This document shows positions 9,031-17,349 of a stretch of DNA of 25,968 nucleotides, piece by piece. The notes beneath the pieces were generated by a model, which saw nothing but the letters and a program-made list of their open reading frames with translations, ran no database searches and was not told the origin of the DNA. Within the stretch, counting starts at the first letter, position 1. Every line of letters starts with the position of its first letter. Origin of the DNA: Promethearchaeota archaeon (GTDB taxonomy: Archaea > Asgardarchaeota > Lokiarchaeia > Sigyniarchaeales > SOKP01); NCBI GenBank assembly GCA_019894975.1, contig JAGXNO010000046.1, positions 1 to 25,968 of the forward strand, in the 5' to 3' direction. A program made the position numbers and the translations under genes.

Positions 9031-10359
9031 TTGAGTAAAAAGATAACTGAAATCAGAGAAATTCTAATGGAACATCACGATTGGTTTAAAAAATCAATCC
9101 CTTTAATTGCCTCGGAGAATATAACGAGTCCTGCTGTCGATGAAGCATGTGCTAGTGATTTTTCACATCGGTATGCAGAAGGATGGTCAGGTCAGAGAGT
9201 TTATGCCGGGTGCACTTACATAGATCAGATAGAAGATATTTGTATGGAACTTGCAAAAGAATATTATAAATGTATTCATGCTGATGTACGTCCGGTTTCG
9301 GGAGTAGTAGCGAATTTAGTAATGTATAATGCATTTACTTCAGATAATAATGGTAAAATGTGCTGTATGTCGATTGTTAGGGGAGGTCATATTTCGCATG
9401 GACCAAGATTCGCAAAAAGTGGAAGAGAAATTTATGGAACTGCTGGTACTACCAGAGGGATAAACGTTGAATATTTAGCGTTTGACAATGATGAAATGAA
9501 TCTAGATATCGATGCTTCTGCGAAGATAATTAGAGAATTTGAACCTGAACTAGTGTTGTTTGGGGGTTCCGTTTTCCTATTTCCACATCCAGTTAAAGAA
9601 CTTGGTGAAGTCGCAAAAGAAGTTGGAGCTTATGTGGGTTATGATGCTGCTCATGTGTCGGGATTAATAGGTTCTGGATATTTTCAAGATCCTTTAAGAG
9701 AAGGTGCCGATGCTATGACTATGAGCACACACAAAACTCTTCCTGGGCCTCAACATGGAACTTTAGTATCGAATAGGGAAGATTTAATTGATACTCTAAG
9801 ATCATGCGCTTTTCCAGCTCTATTATCCAATCATCATCTTCATAATGTAGCCGGTTTAGCGATTACATTCGCTGAAATGTTAGAATTCGGGAAAGATTAT
9901 CATAAGAATGTTATTGAAAATGCCAAAGCTCTTGGGCAAGCATTACATGAACGAGGACTTAAAGTATTAATGGAACATAAGGGTTTTACAGAATCTCATC
10001 AAATTGTTGTTGATATTACGGAGTTTGAAAAAACCATAGGTTTGGGTGGGGATATTGAAAGATTATTAGAGAAAGCAAACATCATTATTAATCGAAATCT
10101 TCTCCCTTATGATATTTCTCAAGGGAGACATTACCAAAATCCCGGAGGATTAAGAATCGGAACTTCTGAAATCACTAGACTTGGAATGGGGAAAAGTGAA
10201 ATGGTTGATATTGCAGAGCTAATTAAAAAGCTAGTCATTGATAAGGAAAGCCCAAATAAGATAAAAGACGAAGTAATTGATTTTAGAAAAGAATTTCAAG
10301 AAATACATTATTGTTTTCAAAAATCAAGCAAAGCTTATGAGTATCTAAAATTTTATTAA
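9031..10359 (+). CDS. glyA: Serine hydroxymethyltransferase, archaeal type (TTG start)
   Basis: LIASEN, RYAEG, GGHISH, YDAAHV, STHKTLPGPQ (PLP lysine), SNHHLH, GLRIGT. Confidence 0.97.
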   Translation: MSKKITEIREILMEHHDWFKKSIPLIASENITSPAVDEACASDFSHRYAEGWSGQRVYAGCTYIDQIEDICMELAKEYYKCIHADVRPVSGVVANLVMYNAFTSDNNGKMCCMSIVRGGHISHGPRFAKSGREIYGTAGTTRGINVEYLAFDNDEMNLDIDASAKIIREFEPELVLFGGSVFLFPHPVKELGEVAKEVGAYVGYDAAHVSGLIGSGYFQDPLREGADAMTMSTHKTLPGPQHGTLVSNREDLIDTLRSCAFPALLSNHHLHNVAGLAITFAEMLEFGKDYHKNVIENAKALGQALHERGLKVLMEHKGFTESHQIVVDITEFEKTIGLGGDIERLLEKANIIINRNLLPYDISQGRHYQNPGGLRIGTSEITRLGMGKSEMVDIAELIKKLVIDKESPNKIKDEVIDFRKEFQEIHYCFQKSSKAYEYLKFY

Positions 10360-10495
10360 TTTTTCATTCTTTTTTTAAATGCTTTTCATTGCATTTTGAT
10401 AATTGTACCAAGACTATAACAATAAAACATAAATTATATGATGAATTTAGGATAATATTCATATTTTGAAATTAAATAACTTAAAATAGGATATT

Positions 10496-11329
10496 ATGGA
10501 TATCGAAGTTCTAGAAAAGTCTGATCATAAGTTGGTGTTTGTTGTAGAAAACATTTCTATGGAGATGGCAAATGCCGTTAGAAGGATCATAATGTCAGAA
10601 ATCCCCGTAATGGCCATCGATGAGGTTATAATCTTAAAAAATGACAGCCCTTTATACGACGAAATAATTGCTCATAGGCTTGGAATGATACCGCTTACTA
10701 CTGATTTAGATGCGTATAAATTACCACGGGATTGCGATTGTGGTGGTTACGGGTGCGCCCTCTGCCAAGTTTCTTTAACATGTGAAGTTACAAATACTAC
10801 GAATACACCTTTAGAGGTATATTCAGGTGACCTAAAATCAAATGATCCTCAAATAATACCTGTTAATCCAAAAATTCCGATTGTCAAAATTGATAAAAAT
10901 AACCAGTTAATTATCGAAGCATACGCAATCCTAGGGAAATCAGAAGATCATGTGAAATGGCAACCAGTATCTAACATTTTCTATAGATTTTATCCAGAAA
11001 TAGAATTTGATGAGGGAAAATGTAATAAATGTCCCGACAAGTGCGTAGTATCGAGAATGTGTCCTGAAAGATTATATGATTTTTCATCGGGAAAAACTCC
11101 AAAATTATTAGAAGACTATTGGAAAACCTGCACACTATGTAAATCATGTGAAAGAGATTGTCCGGAAAAAGCAATAAAAGTAGAATATAGAGATAATACA
11201 TACATTTTTTCCATAGAAAGCGATGGAGTTTTGCCTTTTAACACAATTTTAGAAAAAGTGTTCACAATTTTCTTGGAAAAAATTGATGAATTTGTTGAGA
11301 GACTTGATGCTCTCGAATTGGAATCATGA
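10496..11329 (+). CDS. rpo3: DNA-directed RNA polymerase subunit Rpo3 (D) with Zn-loop and ferredoxin-like insert
   Basis: ANAVRRII.SEIP.MAID, NDSPLYDEIIAHRLGMIPL, HVKWQP, FSIESDG; Cys clusters C80-C90, C176-C189 and C212-C222. Confidence 0.97.
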   Translation: MDIEVLEKSDHKLVFVVENISMEMANAVRRIIMSEIPVMAIDEVIILKNDSPLYDEIIAHRLGMIPLTTDLDAYKLPRDCDCGGYGCALCQVSLTCEVTNTTNTPLEVYSGDLKSNDPQIIPVNPKIPIVKIDKNNQLIIEAYAILGKSEDHVKWQPVSNIFYRFYPEIEFDEGKCNKCPDKCVVSRMCPERLYDFSSGKTPKLLEDYWKTCTLCKSCERDCPEKAIKVEYRDNTYIFSIESDGVLPFNTILEKVFTIFLEKIDEFVERLDALELES

Positions 11330-11396
11330 AATTACAAAAATTTATTAAAATAATAATAATTTAAAATACTAAACAAAACAAGAGTAGTACTTCCTA

Positions 11397-11753
11397 ATGT
11401 CTCACAAGATAACTGGTCCAAGTAATTTTTATGTTAGAAAATTAATAAGGGATTTATGGAAAACCAAAATCAAGATATGGAGAAGAATCTCTAAAAAATT
11501 AAGTAGTTCAAGGAAAAATAGTGTTTCTCCTAATTTGTATCGTATTAACAAGAAAACCAAAGAAAATGATGTAGTTGTTATACCTGGAAAAGTGTTAGGA
11601 ATTGGAGAATTAGACCATAAAGTTACAATCGCTTGTCTTGATTATTCGAAATCAGCGAAACAAAAAATTGAGGCTTCAGGGAGTAAAATACTTTCCATTG
11701 AAGAATTATTAGAACAAAACCCTAAAGGTAGTGGAGTAAAGATTTTTTATTAA
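11397..11753 (+). CDS. rpl18e: 50S ribosomal protein eL18
   Basis: NLYRINK, VVVIPGKVLGIG, AKQKIE, NPKGSGV; conserved position after rpo3. Confidence 0.96.
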   Translation: MSHKITGPSNFYVRKLIRDLWKTKIKIWRRISKKLSSSRKNSVSPNLYRINKKTKENDVVVIPGKVLGIGELDHKVTIACLDYSKSAKQKIEASGSKILSIEELLEQNPKGSGVKIFY

Positions 11754-11782
11754 GTAGCAAAAAAACTAAGTGTGTTTCAATT

Positions 11783-12256
11783 ATGGTAATAGATTATCAA
11801 TTATTAGACGCGACTGATCAAATATTAGGACGATTTTGTAGCCAGGTTGCCAAAAAAGCCATGTTAGGTGAATATATTGTTATTATTAATGCACAAAATG
11901 CAATAATAAGTGGATCCAAAAGAGATATCCATGAGAAATACTTAGCTAGACTAAATGTTTCAACTGCTACAAACCCCTTGAGAGGTCCTTTTCATGAAAG
12001 GAGACCTGACACTTTTATGAGAAGAGTTATCAAACAAATGCTTCCAAGAAAAAAAGTACGAGGAAAGGAAGCTCTTAAAAGAGTTCATGTGTATATTTCA
12101 GACATACCTGAACGTTTCAAAACTAGATATCAAAATTTAATCCCATCAGAAGTGTACAATGCTGAAAAAAAACGTCTTTTCTACTACAACCGATATATTA
12201 CTTTAGAAAATCTTTGTACGCGTATAGGGTGGAATAAAAAGGAACTAGAGGTGTAA
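11783..12256 (+). CDS. rpl13: 50S ribosomal protein uL13
   Basis: DATDQILGR..SQVAK, RGPFH.RRPD, MLP.KK.RG.EALKR. Confidence 0.96.
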   Translation: MVIDYQLLDATDQILGRFCSQVAKKAMLGEYIVIINAQNAIISGSKRDIHEKYLARLNVSTATNPLRGPFHERRPDTFMRRVIKQMLPRKKVRGKEALKRVHVYISDIPERFKTRYQNLIPSEVYNAEKKRLFYYNRYITLENLCTRIGWNKKELEV

Positions 12257-12261
12257 TGTAG

Positions 12262-12672
12262 ATGTCAATGAAAACGGTTCAAGCATCAGGAAAAAGAAAA
12301 ACTGCCATAGCTAGAGCAGTATTAAAGCACCCTTCAAAAGGTCAGATAAAAATCAATAATGTCCCTCTAAATTTATATGAACCAGAGATAGCCCGATTAA
12401 GGATCCAAGAGGTTCTTGAAATTGCCAATCATCCTAAACTTGAAAAATGCGATATTACTGTTCGAGTTAAGGGAGGTGGAACTATGGGACAAACGGATGC
12501 TGTACGGATGGCAATTGCTAAATCAATACATAAATTTATCGGAACAAAGACAATTGAACGAGCTTTTAGAGAATATGATGATTCTTTGCTAAGTGGGGAT
12601 TCAAGAAGAACAGAACCCAAAAAATTTGGTGGAAAAAAGGCTCGCGCTCGCAGGCAAAAAAGTTTTAGGTAG
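12262..12672 (+). CDS. rps9: 30S ribosomal protein uS9
   Basis: GKRKTAIARA, VKGGG.MGQ.DAVR.AIA, D.RRTEPKKFGG..ARAR.QKSFR. Confidence 0.97.
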   Translation: MSMKTVQASGKRKTAIARAVLKHPSKGQIKINNVPLNLYEPEIARLRIQEVLEIANHPKLEKCDITVRVKGGGTMGQTDAVRMAIAKSIHKFIGTKTIERAFREYDDSLLSGDSRRTEPKKFGGKKARARRQKSFR

Positions 12673-12683
12673 ACTTTGAGATC

Positions 12684-14000
12684 TTACCTTGTGTCTATTT
12701 TAACATCTAATTTTTGTAAATCTTCTAAAAAAGATGGATAAGAATCTTTTACAATATCAATATTTTTGATTTGAGAGTTAGTTTTAGCATATAATGCGGC
12801 AATTGTGCATGCCATTGCTACTCTGTGATCATATCCATGATCTATTAGTGCTCCTTGTAATCTTTCACAATAGTAAATTGTTAATTTATCCTCTTCTTCT
12901 TTTACTGATACACCCATTTTTGTTAACTCTCTAGCCATGGCAGATATTCTATCACTTTCTTTTAATCGAAGATTTCCAGCGTTATAGAGAACTGTTTCGC
13001 CTTTAGCAAATGCACCAATAACAGCAAGGATGGGAAATAAATCGGGGATGTCGTTACAATCAATATTTAACCCTTTTAATGGGTTTTGAGCAATATCACC
13101 AGATACAACAATTTGTTTTTTACTCTCATTGAATTTGATATTTGCACCCATTTCTTTTAGGATTTCAATGATTTTGCTGTCACCTTGGTAATTTTGCATA
13201 CTTAAATTATTGATTATTACATTGGAAGGCTTAGGAGATAGAACTGCTGCTGCTATAATAAATGCTGAAGAAGAAAAATCCCCGGGGATTTCATATGATT
13301 GAGCTCTATAGTTTTGTTCGTTGGTAACAAAAAATTTCCCTTTTTCTAAATCACCTTGGATATGAATTCCAAATGTGCTTAACACATCTATAGTAATTTT
13401 TACATATGGGCCAGAAACTAATGGAGTTGTGAGTTCTATTTCAAAAAAGTCTTTATCCTCGCATTTCAATAGAGGACAAACAAATAATAAAGCAGTAATG
13501 AATTGAGAACTAATATCACCAGGGATTTTTATTTTATTACAAATAATTTGATCAGTTTGTATTTTGATTTTTTTTTTAGTAATTTCAAATTTAGCACCTA
13601 TTATTTTTAAAGCATCAAGAAGAGGGAGAATAGGCCTTTCTCTTTCTAAGAATTCACCCTTTAATTCAAGCCCCCCTTTTATTAAGAGACTTAAAGCACT
13701 AAAGATTCTAAAAGTGGTTCCAGAATTTCTACAATCTAAAGGTTTTTTGACTGATTCAAATATAGTTTTATCAGATTTAATGACAAAAGATTTATCGCTA
13801 GATTTGAATATTTTAACACCTAAAGCTTTTAAGTTTTTAATAGTTATTTCTACATCTCCAATAGCTAAAGGATTTTTAATAACTGAGATCCCATCAGCTA
13901 AACTCGCTGCAATAAAAGCTCTGTGTGAATAGCTTTTAGACCCAGGTGCTGTGATTTCACCCTTTAAATTAGTCGTTAATGGTGTTATCTGCAGATCCAT
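12684..14000 (-). CDS. aroA: 3-phosphoshikimate 1-carboxyvinyltransferase (EPSP synthase)
   Basis: PGSKSYSHR, NSGTTFR, SSQFITALL, GDFSSSAF, LRLKESDRI, DHRVAMA, SYPSF. Confidence 0.97.
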   Translation of the reverse strand: MDLQITPLTTNLKGEITAPGSKSYSHRAFIAASLADGISVIKNPLAIGDVEITIKNLKALGVKIFKSSDKSFVIKSDKTIFESVKKPLDCRNSGTTFRIFSALSLLIKGGLELKGEFLERERPILPLLDALKIIGAKFEITKKKIKIQTDQIICNKIKIPGDISSQFITALLFVCPLLKCEDKDFFEIELTTPLVSGPYVKITIDVLSTFGIHIQGDLEKGKFFVTNEQNYRAQSYEIPGDFSSSAFIIAAAVLSPKPSNVIINNLSMQNYQGDSKIIEILKEMGANIKFNESKKQIVVSGDIAQNPLKGLNIDCNDIPDLFPILAVIGAFAKGETVLYNAGNLRLKESDRISAMARELTKMGVSVKEEEDKLTIYYCERLQGALIDHGYDHRVAMACTIAALYAKTNSQIKNIDIVKDSYPSFLEDLQKLDVKIDTR

Positions 14001-14068
14001 TAAATAATAAATAGAAAATAATAGATATAATATTAATTAAATAATATTGTAAAATTAATTTAATTAAT

Positions 14069-15190
14069 GTGATGTTTATGGGAGACAACACGCTTGGTAC
14101 ACTTTTTAAGATTACTTCATTTGGTGAATCTCACGGAAAATTAGTTGGGATAATAATAGATGGCACTCCCGCAGGGATTGAGTTAAATTTAGAATTTATC
14201 CAAAACGAATTAGATAAAAGAAGACCTGGACAATCTGATCTCACAACTCCTCGAAAAGAAAAAGATAAGGTTAAAATTGTATCAGGTATATTTAACGATA
14301 AGACAACAGGGGCCCCTATTTGCTTATATATTGAGAATAAAGACATAGATTCTTCAGAATATGAAAAATTTAAAAACATTTTACGCCCGTCCCATGTGGA
14401 TTATTCTGCATTAAAAAAATATGGAGGTTATTCCGATTATAGAGGATCAGGACGTTTTTCTGGAAGAATCACTGCAGGATTTGTAATGGCGGGTGCAATT
14501 ACCAAACAAATTCTCAGTAAGTATAATATATCAATATTTGCTTATACGGAAGCAATTGGACGTGTACTTGATAAGGATGTTTATGATTCAATACCCTTCA
14601 AAGAACTTCTAAAACAAAGAGAGAATTCTCCTGTTAGATCAATAAACCAGAAAAAATCAGAAGAAATGGAACAATTAGTGAAAGAGATTAAAATACAAAA
14701 CGATTCAATTGGAGGAATAGTAAAATGTATAATCCGGGGTTTTCCTGCAGGGAAGGGAGGACCCATTTTTAATAGTTTGGAGTCGAAAATTAGCCATGCA
14801 ATCTTTTCAATTCCGGGTATTAAAGGTATAGAATTTGGAGCAGGTTTTAGAGCCACAAAAATGAAAGGGTCAGAACACAACGATCCTTGGATTCTTAAAG
14901 AGGGTAAAGTAGTAACTACCAAAAACTCTTCTGGTGGGATCATTGGAGGAATTTCTACAGGTATGCCAATAGAGTTTACGATAGCCGTCAAGCCACCTGC
15001 CACTATTAGTATTCCTCAGAAGACCGTAAATATTGATAAATTGGAAAATGTAGAATTTGAATTTACGGGTCGTCATGATCCATGTATAGTTCCAAGAGTT
15101 GTTCCAGTAGTAGAGGCTATTACTGCGGTTGTGTTACTGGATTCTTTATTGATTGAAGGTTTTATTCCAAAAGTGTTTGAATCAACGTAA
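14069..15190 (+). CDS. aroC: Chorismate synthase (start possibly ATG 14078)
   Basis: FGESHG, RRPGQ, TTGAPI, RPSHVD, GRFSGRIT, GGIIGGISTG, GRHDPCIVPR. Confidence 0.97.
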   Translation: MMFMGDNTLGTLFKITSFGESHGKLVGIIIDGTPAGIELNLEFIQNELDKRRPGQSDLTTPRKEKDKVKIVSGIFNDKTTGAPICLYIENKDIDSSEYEKFKNILRPSHVDYSALKKYGGYSDYRGSGRFSGRITAGFVMAGAITKQILSKYNISIFAYTEAIGRVLDKDVYDSIPFKELLKQRENSPVRSINQKKSEEMEQLVKEIKIQNDSIGGIVKCIIRGFPAGKGGPIFNSLESKISHAIFSIPGIKGIEFGAGFRATKMKGSEHNDPWILKEGKVVTTKNSSGGIIGGISTGMPIEFTIAVKPPATISIPQKTVNIDKLENVEFEFTGRHDPCIVPRVVPVVEAITAVVLLDSLLIEGFIPKVFEST

Positions 15191-15284
15191 AAACCACTCA
15201 TTAAAGAATTAAAATTTATATATAATAAAATTCAAAATACAAATAAGATTACACCCAAAAGTATCTAATAAGAATTGATATAGT

Positions 15285-15509
15285 ATGGCAGAACCAGCCC
15301 AAGAAAAGTTTATTAAAGAAGTAATTAAAATTATAGATCGATGGTCATTTGAACAATGTGCTTCCTGTGAAGATGGAACCATGGTCTCAATTGAAGGAAT
15401 GCTTGATTTTAAATGTAATAAATGTGGAAAAACGATGAACCCTATTAATTATTTGGTTGAAATAGCAAAGATCGTTTTTAATTTAAGAGAGAAAGTTGAG
15501 AAAAAATAG
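15285..15509 (+). CDS. Small zinc-ribbon protein
   Basis: CASC and CNKC pairs flanked by helices; TATA-like element near 15216-15226. Confidence 0.75.
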   Translation: MAEPAQEKFIKEVIKIIDRWSFEQCASCEDGTMVSIEGMLDFKCNKCGKTMNPINYLVEIAKIVFNLREKVEKK

Positions 15510-15674
15510 AATTGAATAATTCTCTTTTAAATCTGTTATATTTAGTCTTTATGTTTCATTTCCTAATTAAACGAGTAATAACCGAAGAAAATGAATATAT
15601 TTTAGTTAAGTTATTATTATTAACAACACATAATATTATAGTATTTTAACTAGATTTTAAAGAGTCGAAAAAGA

Positions 15675-15911
15675 ATGGACCGGAAAATTGATACTTCGGC
15701 ACAATTCATTGAATTTTATAAGAAAAAGGGAGACTATTTAGTTACTCTATCCGAAAATCACTTTAAGAATATCGAATATAGAAAAAGCCTTGAATTACTA
15801 AATCAAGCTTATAATATGTACATGAAAGGAAACTATACAGACCTTGCCGAAAAAACTAAACAAAGATTTACGGAGATTAAAGAGAAATATTTAAAAAAAA
15901 AACCATCCTGA
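15675..15911 (+). CDS. Small helical (TPR/SNAP-like) hypothetical protein
   Basis: KGDYL..LS..HF...EY.KSLELL.QAY..Y pattern resembling a single TPR-like hairpin plus capping helix. Confidence 0.7.
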   Translation: MDRKIDTSAQFIEFYKKKGDYLVTLSENHFKNIEYRKSLELLNQAYNMYMKGNYTDLAEKTKQRFTEIKEKYLKKKPS

Positions 15912-15919
15912 TTCTACTT

Positions 15920-16411
15920 TTATACTTTAGATTCCTTCGCTAATTTGGTTTCAATATCATCAATATGAGATCCTTTCCAATAGATCTTTTTGCATTTCAA
16001 ATTTATACATTGATAAAATTCATTAAATTGGATATAGGTTTCTTGTAGCACATTGTCTTTAACATTACTTTTCTCTTCAATTCTTTTTAAGGGGGAATTA
16101 CATACAGTGCATCTAGCTTTTTCAATGTTGAAATCAAGTTTTAGTCCCATATTTTCTTGTATCTGATTTAAGTAATTATAAACACCCTCTCCTTCTAAAT
16201 AAATAGCTTTTCCATTAATTTGCTTGTAAAAAGGATAATCTTTTGTAATTATTACCCTATCAGATTGTTGAGCATAGGTTAATAGTCGCTCATCAGGGAT
16301 GGGATCAATATCGAATAATTCTACTAAATCATTTGCAAATAAAGTATCATAGCCAAATATTCTCAAGAATCGAGCTAATTTACCTAACATTGCATCAACT
16401 AAAAATTTCAT
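15920..16411 (-). CDS. Mut7-C RNase domain protein (PIN-like fold plus Zn ribbon)
   Basis: MKFLVDAMLGKLARFLRIFGYDT, IITKD, RCTVCN, C..CKKIYWKGSH. Confidence 0.93.
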   Translation of the reverse strand: MKFLVDAMLGKLARFLRIFGYDTLFANDLVELFDIDPIPDERLLTYAQQSDRVIITKDYPFYKQINGKAIYLEGEGVYNYLNQIQENMGLKLDFNIEKARCTVCNSPLKRIEEKSNVKDNVLQETYIQFNEFYQCINLKCKKIYWKGSHIDDIETKLAKESKV

Positions 16412-16515
16412 TACAATTGACCTCCTAATTTATTAGATGCTTCTAGATTAAATATATTTAAAACATGTAATAAATTATATAATTGGAATTTAACAAAAAA
16501 ATATTTTAGTCTCAA

Positions 16516-17043
16516 ATGGAAGCTAAAGAATTACTGGAAAGGGCCGCACGATTTCATGGTCACGTATGCCCTGGTTTAGCTATAGGTGTTTTAGCCGCTA
16601 AATATGTACTAGAACATGGTTTTAATTTCTCCCCCAATGAGGAGGTTGTTGCTGTGGCAGAGAATGATAATTGCAGCATTGATGCACTCCAAGCCTTACT
16701 ATCGACAACATATGGTAAGGGGAATTTAATTCATCAGGACTATGGTAAACTTAATTATTATTTTTATAATAGAGAAACCGAGAAAGCTATTAAGTTATCA
16801 TTTAAAAATGATGTTTTTACTGGTAAAAAAATGACGAAAAATGAACGAATTAAACAATTGCTTAGTTCGAAGCCAGAAAAGGTATTTAACATCTACGAAA
16901 TAGAATATAATCCTCCTAGCTTGGCCCAAATAGAAGACTCTATTCCATGCGACATTTGCGGTGAAAATACTATGAATAGCAGGCTTATGTTTTATAATAA
17001 TAACAGTATGTGTATCCCCTGCTATAAAGCTCAGAGAAAATAA
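16516..17043 (+). CDS. FmdE-family protein with C-terminal zinc finger
   Basis: FHGHVCPGLAIG, ENDNCSIDALQ, TYGKGNL, CDICGE...CIPC. Confidence 0.92.
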   Translation: MEAKELLERAARFHGHVCPGLAIGVLAAKYVLEHGFNFSPNEEVVAVAENDNCSIDALQALLSTTYGKGNLIHQDYGKLNYYFYNRETEKAIKLSFKNDVFTGKKMTKNERIKQLLSSKPEKVFNIYEIEYNPPSLAQIEDSIPCDICGENTMNSRLMFYNNNSMCIPCYKAQRK

Positions 17044-17068
17044 AAAAAAGAAGTAATATTGTTAATTT

Positions 17069-17326
17069 ATGAATCCTGACTCTCTTCACCAAACTTTGCT
17101 TAAACTGAAATGTCCAATTCACTTAGTTCAAGGACATTTAGATTCAGAAATAAAAAAAAGGAGTATGGATTATATAATTATTATGATTAAATCGGAAAAA
17201 AAAAGAAAAATTTGGTTAAAAAATAGTAGCCATTCTATAGTAAAAAATCAAGATCATCAACGAATTTTTCCAGATTTAATTACTTTTGTCAACGAAATTT
17301 GTAATTGGAAAATAATTTTAAGTTAA
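17069..17326 (+). CDS. Hypothetical protein resembling the C-terminal part of an alpha/beta hydrolase
   Basis: Co-oriented, with 25 and 23 nt gaps to its neighbours; LKCPIHLVQGHLD...KKRKIWLKNSSH resembles the P.L.I.G..D ... S.H end of alpha/beta hydrolases. Confidence 0.5.
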   Translation: MNPDSLHQTLLKLKCPIHLVQGHLDSEIKKRSMDYIIIMIKSEKKRKIWLKNSSHSIVKNQDHQRIFPDLITFVNEICNWKIILS

Positions 17327-17349
17327 TTTGAATAATAGATGAATAACTC

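Noticed and set aside
3466-9334. ORFs 3466..3705, 5200..5478, 7082..7393, 8221..8448 and 9152..9334
   Set aside because: They overlap well-supported genes on the opposite strand and have implausible composition.
11330-11396. Possible tRNA between rpo3 and rpl18e, as in some archaea
   Set aside because: Only 67 nt, AT-rich, with no cloverleaf or TTC T-loop.
16516-17043. FmdE as evidence for a formylmethanofuran dehydrogenase operon
   Set aside because: No other fmd/fwd genes nearby; stand-alone FmdE proteins are common.
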